From: Anaerolineales bacterium
GTDB lineage: Bacteria > Chloroflexota > Anaerolineae > Anaerolineales > Villigracilaceae
NCBI GenBank assembly: GCA_024763295.1
Contig: JANTFU010000001.1
Coordinates: forward strand, 1-30,472
DNA: 30,472 nt
Direction of reading: 5' to 3'
Below are positions 16,461 to 25,464 of this stretch, one piece after another; within the stretch, counting starts at the first letter, position 1; every line of letters begins with the position of its first letter. The translations under genes were made by a program, and so were the position numbers. The notes below the pieces were generated by a model, which saw only the letters and a list, made by a program, of their open reading frames with translations, made no database searches and was not told the DNA's origin.

Positions 16461-16838
16461 TTACTCCACCTCGTATTCAGCAGGCAATTCTTCGATGATG
16501 CCCTTCTCTTCACGCTTATCGAGCATCTGCATCTGCTGAATGACAACTTTCGTGAAATAGCGATTTTCGCCACGTTCATCTACATATTTGTCGGTTTTCA
16601 AACGTCCCTCAAGATAAACCAAAGCGCCCTTACGCAAATATTCATGGCAAATTTCTGCCAGCCTGTTCCAAGCCTCGATATTGACCCACTCCGTATATTC
16701 AGTCACCTCGCCGTCTTTCTTCCAGCGATTTGAAACCGCCACGCTGAATTTAACCACCTGCTTTCCCGTCGGCGTAAAGCGTGCTTCGGGGTCTTGTCCC
16801 AACCGACCAATTAATTGAACACGATTCAATGCGGGCAT
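16461..16838 (-). CDS. ssb: Single-stranded DNA-binding protein, short and without the canonical C-terminal tip
   Basis: LNRVQLIGRLGQDPE, TEWVNIEAW, LRKGALVYLEGRLKT; start behind AAGGAGG. Confidence 0.93.
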   Translation of the reverse strand: MPALNRVQLIGRLGQDPEARFTPTGKQVVKFSVAVSNRWKKDGEVTEYTEWVNIEAWNRLAEICHEYLRKGALVYLEGRLKTDKYVDERGENRYFTKVVIQQMQMLDKREEKGIIEELPAEYEVE

Positions 16839-16910
16839 CCCTTTCCTCCTTACAATTCGTTCCTGCGCCGAAACTTCACATATCTGGCATTTCGGGCAGT
16901 TGTGGGATAT

Positions 16911-16936
16911 AAAAAAGCCCATGCTTTCACATGGGC
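16911..16936 (-). terminator. Intrinsic terminator after the 66-aa gene
   Basis: Minus strand GCCCATG-TGAAAG-CATGGGC followed by TTTTTT. Confidence 0.75.
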
Positions 16937-16947
16937 ATCTTTTCAAA

Positions 16948-17148
16948 CTATGCTTTTTTCTTCAGCGCGGGCAAACCGGTCTTCATTTCAATCAACTCAT
17001 AGCCCTCAGGCATTTCATTAACTTCTTTTTCCGGACGCACATCGCGCGCGAAGAAATACATGGTAATCTCTTTACCGCTCTTGGAAGTGCGTTTATTCGC
17101 ATGTAAATAGTAAGTAGTGCCTTTAGAATTGGTGGTTGAAAAAGCCAT
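16948..17148 (-). CDS. Small 66-aa protein of unknown function
   Basis: Well-formed ORF with GGAG RBS and a downstream terminator. The NSKG.TYYLH...YFFA...TGLP.LKK pattern resembles a family of small conserved hypothetical proteins (from memory, not searched). Confidence 0.8.
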   Translation of the reverse strand: MAFSTTNSKGTTYYLHANKRTSKSGKEITMYFFARDVRPEKEVNEMPEGYELIEMKTGLPALKKKA

Positions 17149-17227
17149 TATTTTTATCTCCTAATAGATATATTTGATTTTTATAGTGTATAACATAGAG
17201 ACGCTAAATGTCAATAAGGAAAACAGA

Positions 17228-18076
17228 ATGAATGTTCTAAAACAAGTCACTCAAATTTCCCATTTACGGGATGCAAGAAAGCGATTGCCCGAACCGGTTG
17301 GATTTGTCCCTACGATGGGCTACTTGCACGCCGGACATCTCTCCCTCGTGAAACGCGCGCGTGAGGAAGCGGCTTCCGTTGTGGTTAGTATCTTCGTGAA
17401 CCCAACCCAATTTGCGCCAACCGACGACCTCGAAGCCTATCCCCGCGACCTCGAGCGGGACACCGCCCTCCTACAGGAAGCCGGTGTCGATCTGCTCTGG
17501 CTGCCCACGCCCGAGGTCATGTATCCACCCGATTTTCAAACCTGGGTCAATGTCGAAAGCCTCACCCAGCCCCTCGAAGGGACGAAGCGCCCCGGTCATT
17601 TTCGCGGCGTAACAACGGTTGTCACCAAACTTTTCAACGCAGTCCAACCGCAAATGGCATTCTTTGGACAAAAAGATGCCCAGCAAGCTGCCGTGATTCG
17701 ACAAATGGTTAAAGATTTAAATATGCCCATCGAGATATTTGTTGAACCCATTGTCCGCGAGCCGGATGGACTGGCAATGTCGAGCCGCAACACCTACCTT
17801 AATCCCAAAGAACGCCAAGCCGCCCTGTGCCTGTACCGTGCACTCGAAGCCGCACAAACCACCTACCAAGCCGGACAAACCAACGCCGAATCCCTGCGCG
17901 AAACGATGCGCACAATCATCCACGCCGAGCCACTTGCCGAACTTGAATACGTCTCCTGTGCCGATTATGACACGCTCGTTGAATTGGAGACGGTCAAAGG
18001 CAAAAGCCTGCTCTCCATGGCAGTGCGAATCGGTAAAACCCGTTTAATCGATAATCATGTCTTAGAAGCTGTTTAA
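17228..18076 (+). CDS. panC: Pantoate--beta-alanine ligase
   Basis: VPTMGYLHAGHLSL, SIFVNPTQF, RPGHFRGV, FGQKDAQQ, REPDGLAMSSRN, TRLIDN. Start reassigned from 17174. Confidence 0.97.
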   Translation: MNVLKQVTQISHLRDARKRLPEPVGFVPTMGYLHAGHLSLVKRAREEAASVVVSIFVNPTQFAPTDDLEAYPRDLERDTALLQEAGVDLLWLPTPEVMYPPDFQTWVNVESLTQPLEGTKRPGHFRGVTTVVTKLFNAVQPQMAFFGQKDAQQAAVIRQMVKDLNMPIEIFVEPIVREPDGLAMSSRNTYLNPKERQAALCLYRALEAAQTTYQAGQTNAESLRETMRTIIHAEPLAELEYVSCADYDTLVELETVKGKSLLSMAVRIGKTRLIDNHVLEAV

Positions 18077-18216
18077 AACAGGGTCTCTGTAGCATGCGTC
18101 GCACCTAACTCGATAGGCATTCTGCTTGTAAAAGGACAAAAAACTCATCTATGGGCATTTTCTCCTTGAAATTGGTGCGACGCACGCCTGCATTCAGACT
18201 TATTAAACAGTTTCAT
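18062..18216. mobile_element. Uninterrupted MITE-like element (empty form of 4517-5053)
   Basis: Ends AAGCTGTTTAA / TTAAACAGTTT; inner arms GCGTCGCACC / GGTGCGACGC; overlaps the panC stop codon. Confidence 0.85.
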
Positions 18217-18251
18217 GGGGTGAAATCTGCGCACTGGTGTAAAATCAGAAT

Positions 18252-19679
18252 ATGAACTCCGAAGAGAAATCCACGCCATCACGACGCTTGCGTTTGCGTT
18301 TCAAATTACGCAAGCTAATTCCTGCCGTCTCACTTGAGCAACGCGCTGAAGTGCGCGTTAATATGCGCGATGCAGCCCATCCGGATTTTGACTACTTTGT
18401 GCTGGTCATCCTCTCAAGCATAATTGCCACACTCGGCTTGCTCACCAATTCAGCTGCCGTCATCATTGGCGCCATGCTCGTTGCCCCGCTGATGTCGCCC
18501 ATCATCGGTTTAGGATTGGGTTCTCTGATGGGTGACGAAACCTTACTCAAAGACTCCTTTAGCGCCATCATTCGCGGCGCGCTGATTGCCATCGTGATAG
18601 CGATCATCCTGACGTGGGTCAATGCTTCGCTGCCCTTCACCACCTTTCAAGACCTGCCCAGCGAAGTTCTGGCACGCACACGCCCAACCCCAATCGACTT
18701 GTTAATTGCACTGGCTGGCGGTTTGGCAGCCGCTTTTGCGTTGGCAACTCCTTCTATCTCGGCAGCCTTGCCGGGCGTTGCCATCGCCACTGCGCTGATG
18801 CCGCCGCTTGGCACCGTTGGCATCGGCGTAGCGATGGGGCGCTGGGACGTTGCGGGGGGGGCATTACTCCTCTTCATCACCAACAGTGTCACAATCGCTT
18901 TTGCATCCACGCTTGTCTTTTGGGTTATGGGCTTTTCGCCCGGCGTGCAAAACGGCAAATATGTGCCACGCAGTCTGACCCTTTCTGCCTTGGTCACCCT
19001 GCTCATGCTGTTACCGCTCACCTATTTTAGCGTCTCATTTTTTCAAGACGCCACGCGCACACGCAATATCAACACCGTCGTTTCAGAAGAAGTAAGCAAA
19101 CGCGGCGGCGTACTCACCGAGTTACAGGTCAACTCAACTGAAGAGGGTATCCTAAATCTCGAAATCACCTTGCAAACCCCGCGCCAATTCTTTTACAGCG
19201 ATGTAGACAGCTTACAAGAAGATATTGCCCTGCGCTTGCAGGAACCGGTCTCGATTGTGGTGGATCAGATTGTCGTGGCGCAGCTAGACCCACTCGTCCC
19301 GCCCACGTTTACGCCCACGCCCACACCTGCGACCAGCACCCCAACCGTGACCCCGACGATGACCGCTACCGTTACCAGCACCCCAACCCTAACCCCAACG
19401 CCTTCCCCAACATTCACGGCAACGCCGACCCTGGAAACCGCCAAAATGCAAAACTTCATGGTGCAATATGGCAAATGTCTAACCATTCGCCAAGCGCCAG
19501 GTTTTAACGAACCGGGAATCGGGCAGCTATACAACGGCAGTCTGATTACCGTGCTTTATGGCAAACGCACCATCGACGGGCTGGTCTGGGTGGAAGTACG
19601 AGATAAAGATCAACGCATGGGTTGGCTGCCGGAAGCCTGTATGCAGGTTGTAACCCTCACCCCGTCCTCTGCACCCTAA
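18252..19679 (+). CDS. DUF389/TIGR00341-type membrane protein with Thr/Pro linker and C-terminal SH3b-like domain
   Basis: LLTNSAAVIIGAMLVAPLMSPI, RTRPTPIDLLIALAGG, PGVAIATALMPPL; PTFTPTPTP tract; LTIRQAPG...WVEVR...GW. Confidence 0.88.
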   Translation: MNSEEKSTPSRRLRLRFKLRKLIPAVSLEQRAEVRVNMRDAAHPDFDYFVLVILSSIIATLGLLTNSAAVIIGAMLVAPLMSPIIGLGLGSLMGDETLLKDSFSAIIRGALIAIVIAIILTWVNASLPFTTFQDLPSEVLARTRPTPIDLLIALAGGLAAAFALATPSISAALPGVAIATALMPPLGTVGIGVAMGRWDVAGGALLLFITNSVTIAFASTLVFWVMGFSPGVQNGKYVPRSLTLSALVTLLMLLPLTYFSVSFFQDATRTRNINTVVSEEVSKRGGVLTELQVNSTEEGILNLEITLQTPRQFFYSDVDSLQEDIALRLQEPVSIVVDQIVVAQLDPLVPPTFTPTPTPATSTPTVTPTMTATVTSTPTLTPTPSPTFTATPTLETAKMQNFMVQYGKCLTIRQAPGFNEPGIGQLYNGSLITVLYGKRTIDGLVWVEVRDKDQRMGWLPEACMQVVTLTPSSAP

Positions 19680-19938
19680 ATTTGGGGGGGCAGCTACCCT
19701 GCTGTATTCACGTTCGTTCCGCGCGCCGCTGATGATTTTCGGCGGTGCATTCCTTTAATCCACTCATCTAAAAAAACCCACCATCGAGTATGACGGGTAC
19801 ATTCAGACACAAAACAACGCTAATAAATCTCTATGATTGTGAGATGACTTTTTTGTTATACTGATTTTGTTGAAAATTCTGGTTGCGATTAGGCAAGCCG
19901 CTTCTCGCAACAGCATTCGTTAGACTGAGGAAAACCTT

Positions 19939-22419
19939 ATGATGCGATTTGATCGCTTTACCGAACGTGCGCAAGAAGCCGCTCAACGTGCGGCAGAAAT
20001 CATCCAGCGCTACGGACATAATCAAATTGATACCGAGCATATTTTATTGGCATTGATCGAGCAGCCCAATGGCGTGGTGCCGCAGCTTTTGGAAAACCTA
20101 AACGTAAGCGCCGATGTGCTAGGACAGCGCATTGATCAGACCTTGAAATCTAGCCCGAAGGCAAATATTTTTGGTAGCGGTGCCGGACAAATTTTTATTA
20201 CACCGCGCGTCAAGCGGATTATTGATTTGGCGAACGAAGAAGCCAGCCGCCTGAAGGATGAATATATCTCGACCGAGCATCTCTTTTTAGCGATCTTGAG
20301 CGAACGCAACACGCCCGCTGCACGAATTTTAGAGGGGGCGGGCATTAACCGCGACCGTGTTTATACTGCCATTCAGGATTTGCGTGGCGGTAAACGCGTG
20401 ACCGACAAAAAAGCTGAATCGCGCTACAAAGTACTCGAAAAATATTCGCGTGACCTAACCAAGCTTGCCCGCGAAGGCAAACTTGACCCTGTGATTGGGC
20501 GCGATGGCGAGATTTTGCGCTTGGTGCAAATTCTCTCGCGCCGTACAAAAAACAACCCTGTGCTAATCGGTGAAGCCGGCGTCGGCAAGACCGCAATCGT
20601 GGAAGGCTTGGCACAAAAGATCGTCGATAACGACGTGCCTGAAATTTTAAGTGGAAAGCAGGTCGTTTCGCTTGATCTTGGCTCGATGATTGCCGGTTCC
20701 CGTTTTCGCGGCGAATTTGAAGAGCGCTTAAAATCTGCCATTGATGAAGTCCAGAAATCCGAAGGCGAAATCATTTTAATGATTGACGAGTTACACACCG
20801 TCGTCGGCGCGGGCGCTGCTTCAGGTGCGTTAGACGCCTCGAATATGCTCAAGCCTGCTCTGGCGCGTGGAGAGTTGCAGTGCATTGGCGCCACCACGCT
20901 GGACGAATTCCACAAACATATTGAAAAAGATGCCGCCCTTGAGCGTCGCTTTGCCCCGATCTACGTTGAAGAACCAAGCGTAGAGGACACCATCAAGATG
21001 TTACACGGCTTGCGTGACCGCTACGAAGCCCATCATAAAGTGCGCTTCTCGGACGATGCGCTAACGGCTGCCGCCCGCCTTGCAGATCGGTATGTTACCG
21101 ACCGCCATTTGCCCGACAAAGCCATTGATCTGATGGATGAATCGGCTGCCAAATTGCGTGTGGCGCTCTACTCGCTGCCCGATGATCTGAAAGCGATGAA
21201 AAGCGAAATTGACCGTCTCGCTGCCGAAGAAGAACTCGCCGGTACCGAACGTGATTATGCCCGCGCCGCCGAAATGAAAGCCGACCGCCTGCGTCTGGAA
21301 GATGAGTTCCATGCCGCCCGCGATCAATGGGAGCAAGAGCATAAACTCGACGAAGTTGTTGATTTAAACGACATTGCCGAGGTTGTCCACCAGTGGACGG
21401 GCATCCCCGTTTCGCAGATGATGGAAACCGAAGCCCAAAAATTGCTCGAAATGGAAGAACGCCTCCACGAACGCATCATCGGGCAAGACGAAGCCATCAC
21501 CGCCATCTCCGATGCCATCCGGCGTGCGCGTTCAGGTCTCAAAGACCCCAATCGCCCGATCGGTTCATTCATCTTTGTTGGTCCTTCCGGTGTCGGTAAA
21601 ACCGAGTTAGCAAAATCCCTCGCCTGGTTCATGTTCGACGATCCCGATGCCCTCGTGCGCATCGACATGTCTGAATATCGCGAGCAGCACACCGCCTCGC
21701 GTCTCTTCGGCGCGCCTCCCGGCTATGTTGGTTACGAAGAAGGCGGTCAACTGACCGAAGCCGTCCGCCGCCGCCCCTATCGCGTGGTGCTTTTCGACGA
21801 AATTGAAAAAGCCCATCCCGAAGTTTGGAATGCCCTGCTGCAAATTCTCGACGATGGACGCATGACCGACGGGCAAGGCAAAGTCGTCGATTTCCGCAAC
21901 ACCATCTTAATTATGACATCCAATCTCGGCACCGAATACGTTGGCAAAAGCGGCGCACTCGGCTTCAATCGCGGCAAAAACGTCACAGAAGAAGACCGCG
22001 AAGCCGAGCGTAAGATTGAGAAAGCCCTGCAAAGTGCCTTCCGTCCCGAATTTCTGAACCGCATCGACGAAGTGATCACCTTCTCACCGCTCAGTGTGAC
22101 CGAGATGGAAGAAATTGTGGACTTGCAAATGAAGGAAATTAGCGAACGTTTGGCAGAATTCGGAATCCAAGCCGCGTTAACGCCCGCCGCCCGCACTTGG
22201 CTCGCCAACGAAGGCTATGATCGCAACTTTGGCGCACGACCGTTAAAACGTGCCTTGCAAAAATTCGTCGAAAGCCCGCTCTCCGTCCAACTCCTGAAAG
22301 GCGACGTCGCCAAAGGCGGCAAAATCCTCGTCGATGTTGACGAAGAAAAGAATGAACTGATTTTCTCGCAAGGCGTCGAAATCCCACAGCAGGAAGAAGA
22401 GAACGAAGAAGCGGTCTAA
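19939..22419 (+). CDS. clpC: ATP-dependent Clp protease ATP-binding subunit, ClpC-type
   Basis: Double Clp-N repeats, GEAGVGKT and GPSGVGKT Walker A motifs, short UVR-like middle domain, and LGF ClpP-docking loop. The last two features favour ClpC over ClpB. Confidence 0.88.
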   Translation: MMRFDRFTERAQEAAQRAAEIIQRYGHNQIDTEHILLALIEQPNGVVPQLLENLNVSADVLGQRIDQTLKSSPKANIFGSGAGQIFITPRVKRIIDLANEEASRLKDEYISTEHLFLAILSERNTPAARILEGAGINRDRVYTAIQDLRGGKRVTDKKAESRYKVLEKYSRDLTKLAREGKLDPVIGRDGEILRLVQILSRRTKNNPVLIGEAGVGKTAIVEGLAQKIVDNDVPEILSGKQVVSLDLGSMIAGSRFRGEFEERLKSAIDEVQKSEGEIILMIDELHTVVGAGAASGALDASNMLKPALARGELQCIGATTLDEFHKHIEKDAALERRFAPIYVEEPSVEDTIKMLHGLRDRYEAHHKVRFSDDALTAAARLADRYVTDRHLPDKAIDLMDESAAKLRVALYSLPDDLKAMKSEIDRLAAEEELAGTERDYARAAEMKADRLRLEDEFHAARDQWEQEHKLDEVVDLNDIAEVVHQWTGIPVSQMMETEAQKLLEMEERLHERIIGQDEAITAISDAIRRARSGLKDPNRPIGSFIFVGPSGVGKTELAKSLAWFMFDDPDALVRIDMSEYREQHTASRLFGAPPGYVGYEEGGQLTEAVRRRPYRVVLFDEIEKAHPEVWNALLQILDDGRMTDGQGKVVDFRNTILIMTSNLGTEYVGKSGALGFNRGKNVTEEDREAERKIEKALQSAFRPEFLNRIDEVITFSPLSVTEMEEIVDLQMKEISERLAEFGIQAALTPAARTWLANEGYDRNFGARPLKRALQKFVESPLSVQLLKGDVAKGGKILVDVDEEKNELIFSQGVEIPQQEEENEEAV

Positions 22420-22435
22420 AAAGACAAAAATCTAA

Positions 22436-22460
22436 TAGGGCGGGAGAACCCCGCCCCTAC
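22436..22460. repeat. GTAGGGGCG-family REP, copy 2
   Basis: TAGGGCGGG-AGAAC-CCCGCCCCTAC. Confidence 0.8.
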
Positions 22461-22473
22461 GATTATTACCAAC

Positions 22474-22545
22474 AAAAAAGCCGAGTGTCGTAAAAGACTC
22501 TCGGCTTTTAACTTTCCAACCTGCAACCTTCCAACGTTAAACGTT
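22474..22545. repeat. Composite repeat (AAAGCCGAG hairpin plus heptamer tail), copy 2; probable bidirectional terminator
   Basis: AAAAAAGCCGAG...CTCGGCTTTT between convergent clpC and LLM genes; matches 10755-10807. Confidence 0.85.
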
Positions 22546-23535
22546 CTTCACCATTTCGCGCCAAAAATCATCTTTCTCGCCCGGCACAAAGGGCGTATAA
22601 ACCGTAATGCGATCCACCAAATAGCCATAACGCTCTTTGAGTGCAGCGGGCAGCGCGGCAGGCGAATCGGCGTAGGTGACGAATTCATCGAGCATTTCGT
22701 CTGTAATCATCATCGGCATTTCTGCCCAATTCTTATTCTTGGCGTGGATGCCGAGTTGCGCGGCGGTTTCGCCCCAGCCATAGAGTTCCATCACGCGTTT
22801 GTATGACGGCGTGGACGCGTAAAATGCCAACTGCATACGGGCTTGATTTGCTTCTGCGGCATCGGTGGCGACGAATGCTGTCAGCGAGATGGTCACATCT
22901 TTGCGGCTGCGACCGGTTTTCGCTGCGCCCTCCTGAATAGCTGGATGCAAGACCTCGCGCAGATAGCGCGGCGAGTTGAAGGGATGCGCGTGGAATCCAT
23001 CGCAAACTTCACCTGCCAAACGTGCCAGCCCCGTGTTCACTCCCGCGATATAAATGGGAATATCGGGATGTTCGATTTTTCCGGGATTGAAGAAGGGCGT
23101 CATTAAGCGGAGTTTGTAATAGTCGCCGCGAAAATCAAGTTTATCGCCCGTCTGCCAGGTATGCCATAACGCGCGCACCGCGCCAATTTGCTCGCGCAAT
23201 TTTCCCACAACGGAATCAGGCCAATCCATCCCGAAGCGTTTCGTGATATGGGCTTTGACCTGCGTTCCCAAGCCGAGAATAAATCTGCCGTCCGATTGGG
23301 CTGCCAAATCCCAAGCAGTATAGGCAATATCCCCGGGCGAGCGCGCAAAAGAGATTGCGATGGCAGTGCCCATCTGCATTTTTTGGGTATGCTCGGCGAT
23401 TAACGGATGCGGCAAAAAAGCATCATGTTGGGTTTCGGTCGTCCAGAGGGCATCAAAGCCCAGCGCCTCGGCAGCCTGCGCCACAGCGGGAACATTTTTC
23501 AAGTGCATCGGGGGCAAAACAGCGTCAAATTTCAT
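22537..23535 (-). CDS. LLM-class, probably F420-dependent oxidoreductase (TIGR03617-like)
   Basis: AISFARSP...AY.AWDL, GRFILGLGTQVKAHITKRFG, LMTPFFNPG, FYASTPSY. Confidence 0.9.
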   Translation of the reverse strand: MKFDAVLPPMHLKNVPAVAQAAEALGFDALWTTETQHDAFLPHPLIAEHTQKMQMGTAIAISFARSPGDIAYTAWDLAAQSDGRFILGLGTQVKAHITKRFGMDWPDSVVGKLREQIGAVRALWHTWQTGDKLDFRGDYYKLRLMTPFFNPGKIEHPDIPIYIAGVNTGLARLAGEVCDGFHAHPFNSPRYLREVLHPAIQEGAAKTGRSRKDVTISLTAFVATDAAEANQARMQLAFYASTPSYKRVMELYGWGETAAQLGIHAKNKNWAEMPMMITDEMLDEFVTYADSPAALPAALKERYGYLVDRITVYTPFVPGEKDDFWREMVKNV

Positions 23536-23564
23536 TTTTTCTCCTTTTGAACCGCCCAGCCGCC

Positions 23565-23610
23565 AAGATTTCCAAAACTTTTCTCTGCGTCTTTGGCGTC
23601 TTGGCGGTTA
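23565..23610. repeat. CCGCCAAG...CTTGGCGG palindromic repeat
   Basis: AACCGCCCAGCCGCCAAG paired with CTTTGGCGTCTTGGCGGTT; 9-bp periodic arms like the GATTAGCG and CACAAAGG families. Confidence 0.6.
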
Positions 23611-23614
23611 ACTC

Positions 23615-24661
23615 TTACTCGCTCAACAAATAAGCCATAATCCACTGCGCGCTTGCGACCAACGCATCGGTATGGGTGCGTTCGTAATTATGCGATGCCT
23701 CCACGCCGGGACCGATCAGCGCGTGCGCAAAATCGCCGCCCGCGCGGACTGCTGCACTCGCATCCGAACCGTAGTAGGGGTAAATATCGACCTTGTACGG
23801 AATCTCATTTGCATCCGCCAACCCACGCAGATGATTCGACAGCCCGTGATGGTAGGGACCGCTGCTATCTTTGACGCAGATTGTCGCGTGGAACTCGTCG
23901 GATTCCTGTCCCGCGCCGATGGCTGCCATGTCGATGGCAACCAATTCGGATATTTCGGACGGCAATCCCGCCGGAGCGCCATGACCAACCTCTTCAAAGT
24001 TGCTAATTAAAATGTAAACGGGACGCGCCGGAGCCAAACCTGCTTCCGTCATGGACGCAATCGCCGCAAAAATAGCCGCGACCGCCGCCTTATCGTCGAG
24101 AAAACGCGAGCGGATAAAACCATTCGTCACCTCTACGCGCGGATCGAAGGCGACAAAATCGCCAACCTGAATGCCTAACTCGCGCGTCTCCTGCGCGGAG
24201 GTGGTACGCGCATCCAAACGGACTTCCATCGTCTGCTCGCTGCGCTCCATTTTACTCGTCTCTCCCGCGTGGACATGGCTGGACGGTTTGTTAATCATAT
24301 ACGATCCGCGTACCTGCCCACCATCTTGGGTGAAGACCCAACACCCCTCCGTCTCGACGCCGTTCAACGTCAGCCCGCCGATGCGCGTCAGTTGCAGCTT
24401 GCCATTTGGCTTGATGACCTTCACCATCCCGCCGAGTGTGTCGACATGGGCTGTGATGGCGCGCGGCGAACCGGAGCCAGCATCCCAAACGATAACCAGC
24501 GAACCCTTATTTGTTCGTTTCAACGAAAGTGCAGGGAATTGGGCGAAAGTCTCTTCGACATAAGCGATTGCCTGATCGGTATAGCCCGTCGGGGATGGGG
24601 TGTTTAGGAGATCAACGAGAAAGTCGATCATTGCATCGGTGTTGATATTGGGTAAAGACAT
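23615..24661 (-). CDS. M42 family metallopeptidase
   Basis: PSPTGYT, AHVDTLG, RFLDDKAAVA, FEEVGHG, DMAA, HNYERTH. Confidence 0.93.
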   Translation of the reverse strand: MSLPNINTDAMIDFLVDLLNTPSPTGYTDQAIAYVEETFAQFPALSLKRTNKGSLVIVWDAGSGSPRAITAHVDTLGGMVKVIKPNGKLQLTRIGGLTLNGVETEGCWVFTQDGGQVRGSYMINKPSSHVHAGETSKMERSEQTMEVRLDARTTSAQETRELGIQVGDFVAFDPRVEVTNGFIRSRFLDDKAAVAAIFAAIASMTEAGLAPARPVYILISNFEEVGHGAPAGLPSEISELVAIDMAAIGAGQESDEFHATICVKDSSGPYHHGLSNHLRGLADANEIPYKVDIYPYYGSDASAAVRAGGDFAHALIGPGVEASHNYERTHTDALVASAQWIMAYLLSE

Positions 24662-24674
24662 TTTGTTTTCTCCC

Positions 24675-24765
24675 GTAGGGGCGTACAGCGGTGCGCCCCT
24701 ACATTGATTTATTTCCTGTCAAAAATATTTCAAATAAGGTAGGGGCGGGGTGACCCCGCCTCTAC
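24675..24765. repeat. Two GTAGGGGCG-family REPs (24675-24702, 24739-24765)
   Basis: GTAGGGGCG-TACAGCGGTG-CGCCCCTAC and GTAGGGGCGGGG-TGA-CCCCGCCTCTAC. Confidence 0.85.
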
Positions 24766-24788
24766 AAGATGTGTTTTCAAACAGACCG

Positions 24789-25217
24789 CTATTCCAAACC
24801 TTCAAATGCTGAAAGCACCGCCCGCACCTCCTCAGGAATCGGCACGGTCGTCTGCGTATGATAATCGAATGCCACGAGGATTACATACCCCGAAGTAAAG
24901 ACTTCCCCCGTCTCAGCGTGGACGATGGCTTGCTTGACTGTCATCGACTTATTCCCAAGTTTGCAAACACAAGCGCCTGCTTTGACGGGCGTCCCGTATT
25001 CAACCGGCGTGTGATAGGTCACTTTGGCTTCTGCCATGATGACGCCAATATCCATAAAAGATTGACCAAACGTAAATAAGCCTAATTCTATAAAATAGCG
25101 AATACGCGCCTGCTCGAAGAAGGTGAGGTATTTAGCATTATTCAGGTGTCCCTGTGCATCCAGATCACCATAACGAACTTCAATGGGGTGGAAAAATTTA
25201 ATTTCAGACATGCGCAT
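24789..25217 (-). CDS. Acyl-CoA thioesterase (4HBT/YbgC family)
   Basis: IEVRYGDLDAQGHLNNAKYLTFFEQAR; start reassigned behind GGAGGA. Confidence 0.92.
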   Translation of the reverse strand: MRMSEIKFFHPIEVRYGDLDAQGHLNNAKYLTFFEQARIRYFIELGLFTFGQSFMDIGVIMAEAKVTYHTPVEYGTPVKAGACVCKLGNKSMTVKQAIVHAETGEVFTSGYVILVAFDYHTQTTVPIPEEVRAVLSAFEGLE

Positions 25218-25307
25218 TATTATATCCTCCAAACTTACGCAGAAAGCACGAAGACCATCTTAAAAATCGATGTTACGCAAAGGATGTGTTTTATGAACTT
25301 GAAGCTT

Positions 25308-25342
25308 CCCTCACCCTCCGCCCTCTCCCAAGGGGAGAGGGG
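25308..25342. repeat. CCCTCACCC...CCCTCTCCC/GGGAGAGGG palindromic repeat
   Basis: CCCTCACCCTCCGCCCTCTCCC-AAG-GGGAGAGGGG; a related polypyrimidine/polypurine hairpin lies at 30401-30457. Confidence 0.8.
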
Positions 25343-25464
25343 ACTTACTCCTTCTTCCTTTGGGACGCGAAGCGCTTTCTTCACCAGAAAGTTGCGAGGA
25401 GGAAAACAACATCTGCCACTCATCACGGCATAATATCCGTCAATAAGCAGCAAACCTTTCATCT

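Noticed and set aside
16452-16733. Plus-strand 93-aa ORF and the 36-aa N-terminal extension of SSB
   Set aside because: The ORF is an antisense shadow of ssb. The extension crosses a terminator and precedes a strong SD at the 16838 start.
19300-19430. ACC/CCC-rich quasi-tandem repeats here and at 13560-13715 and 30060-30190
   Set aside because: They encode ordinary Thr/Pro linkers of exported proteins and are not independent DNA repeats.
19680-19938. CIRCE or CtsR operator upstream of clpC
   Set aside because: Neither TTAGCACTC-N9-GAGTGCTAA nor a tandem GTCAAA heptad repeat is present.
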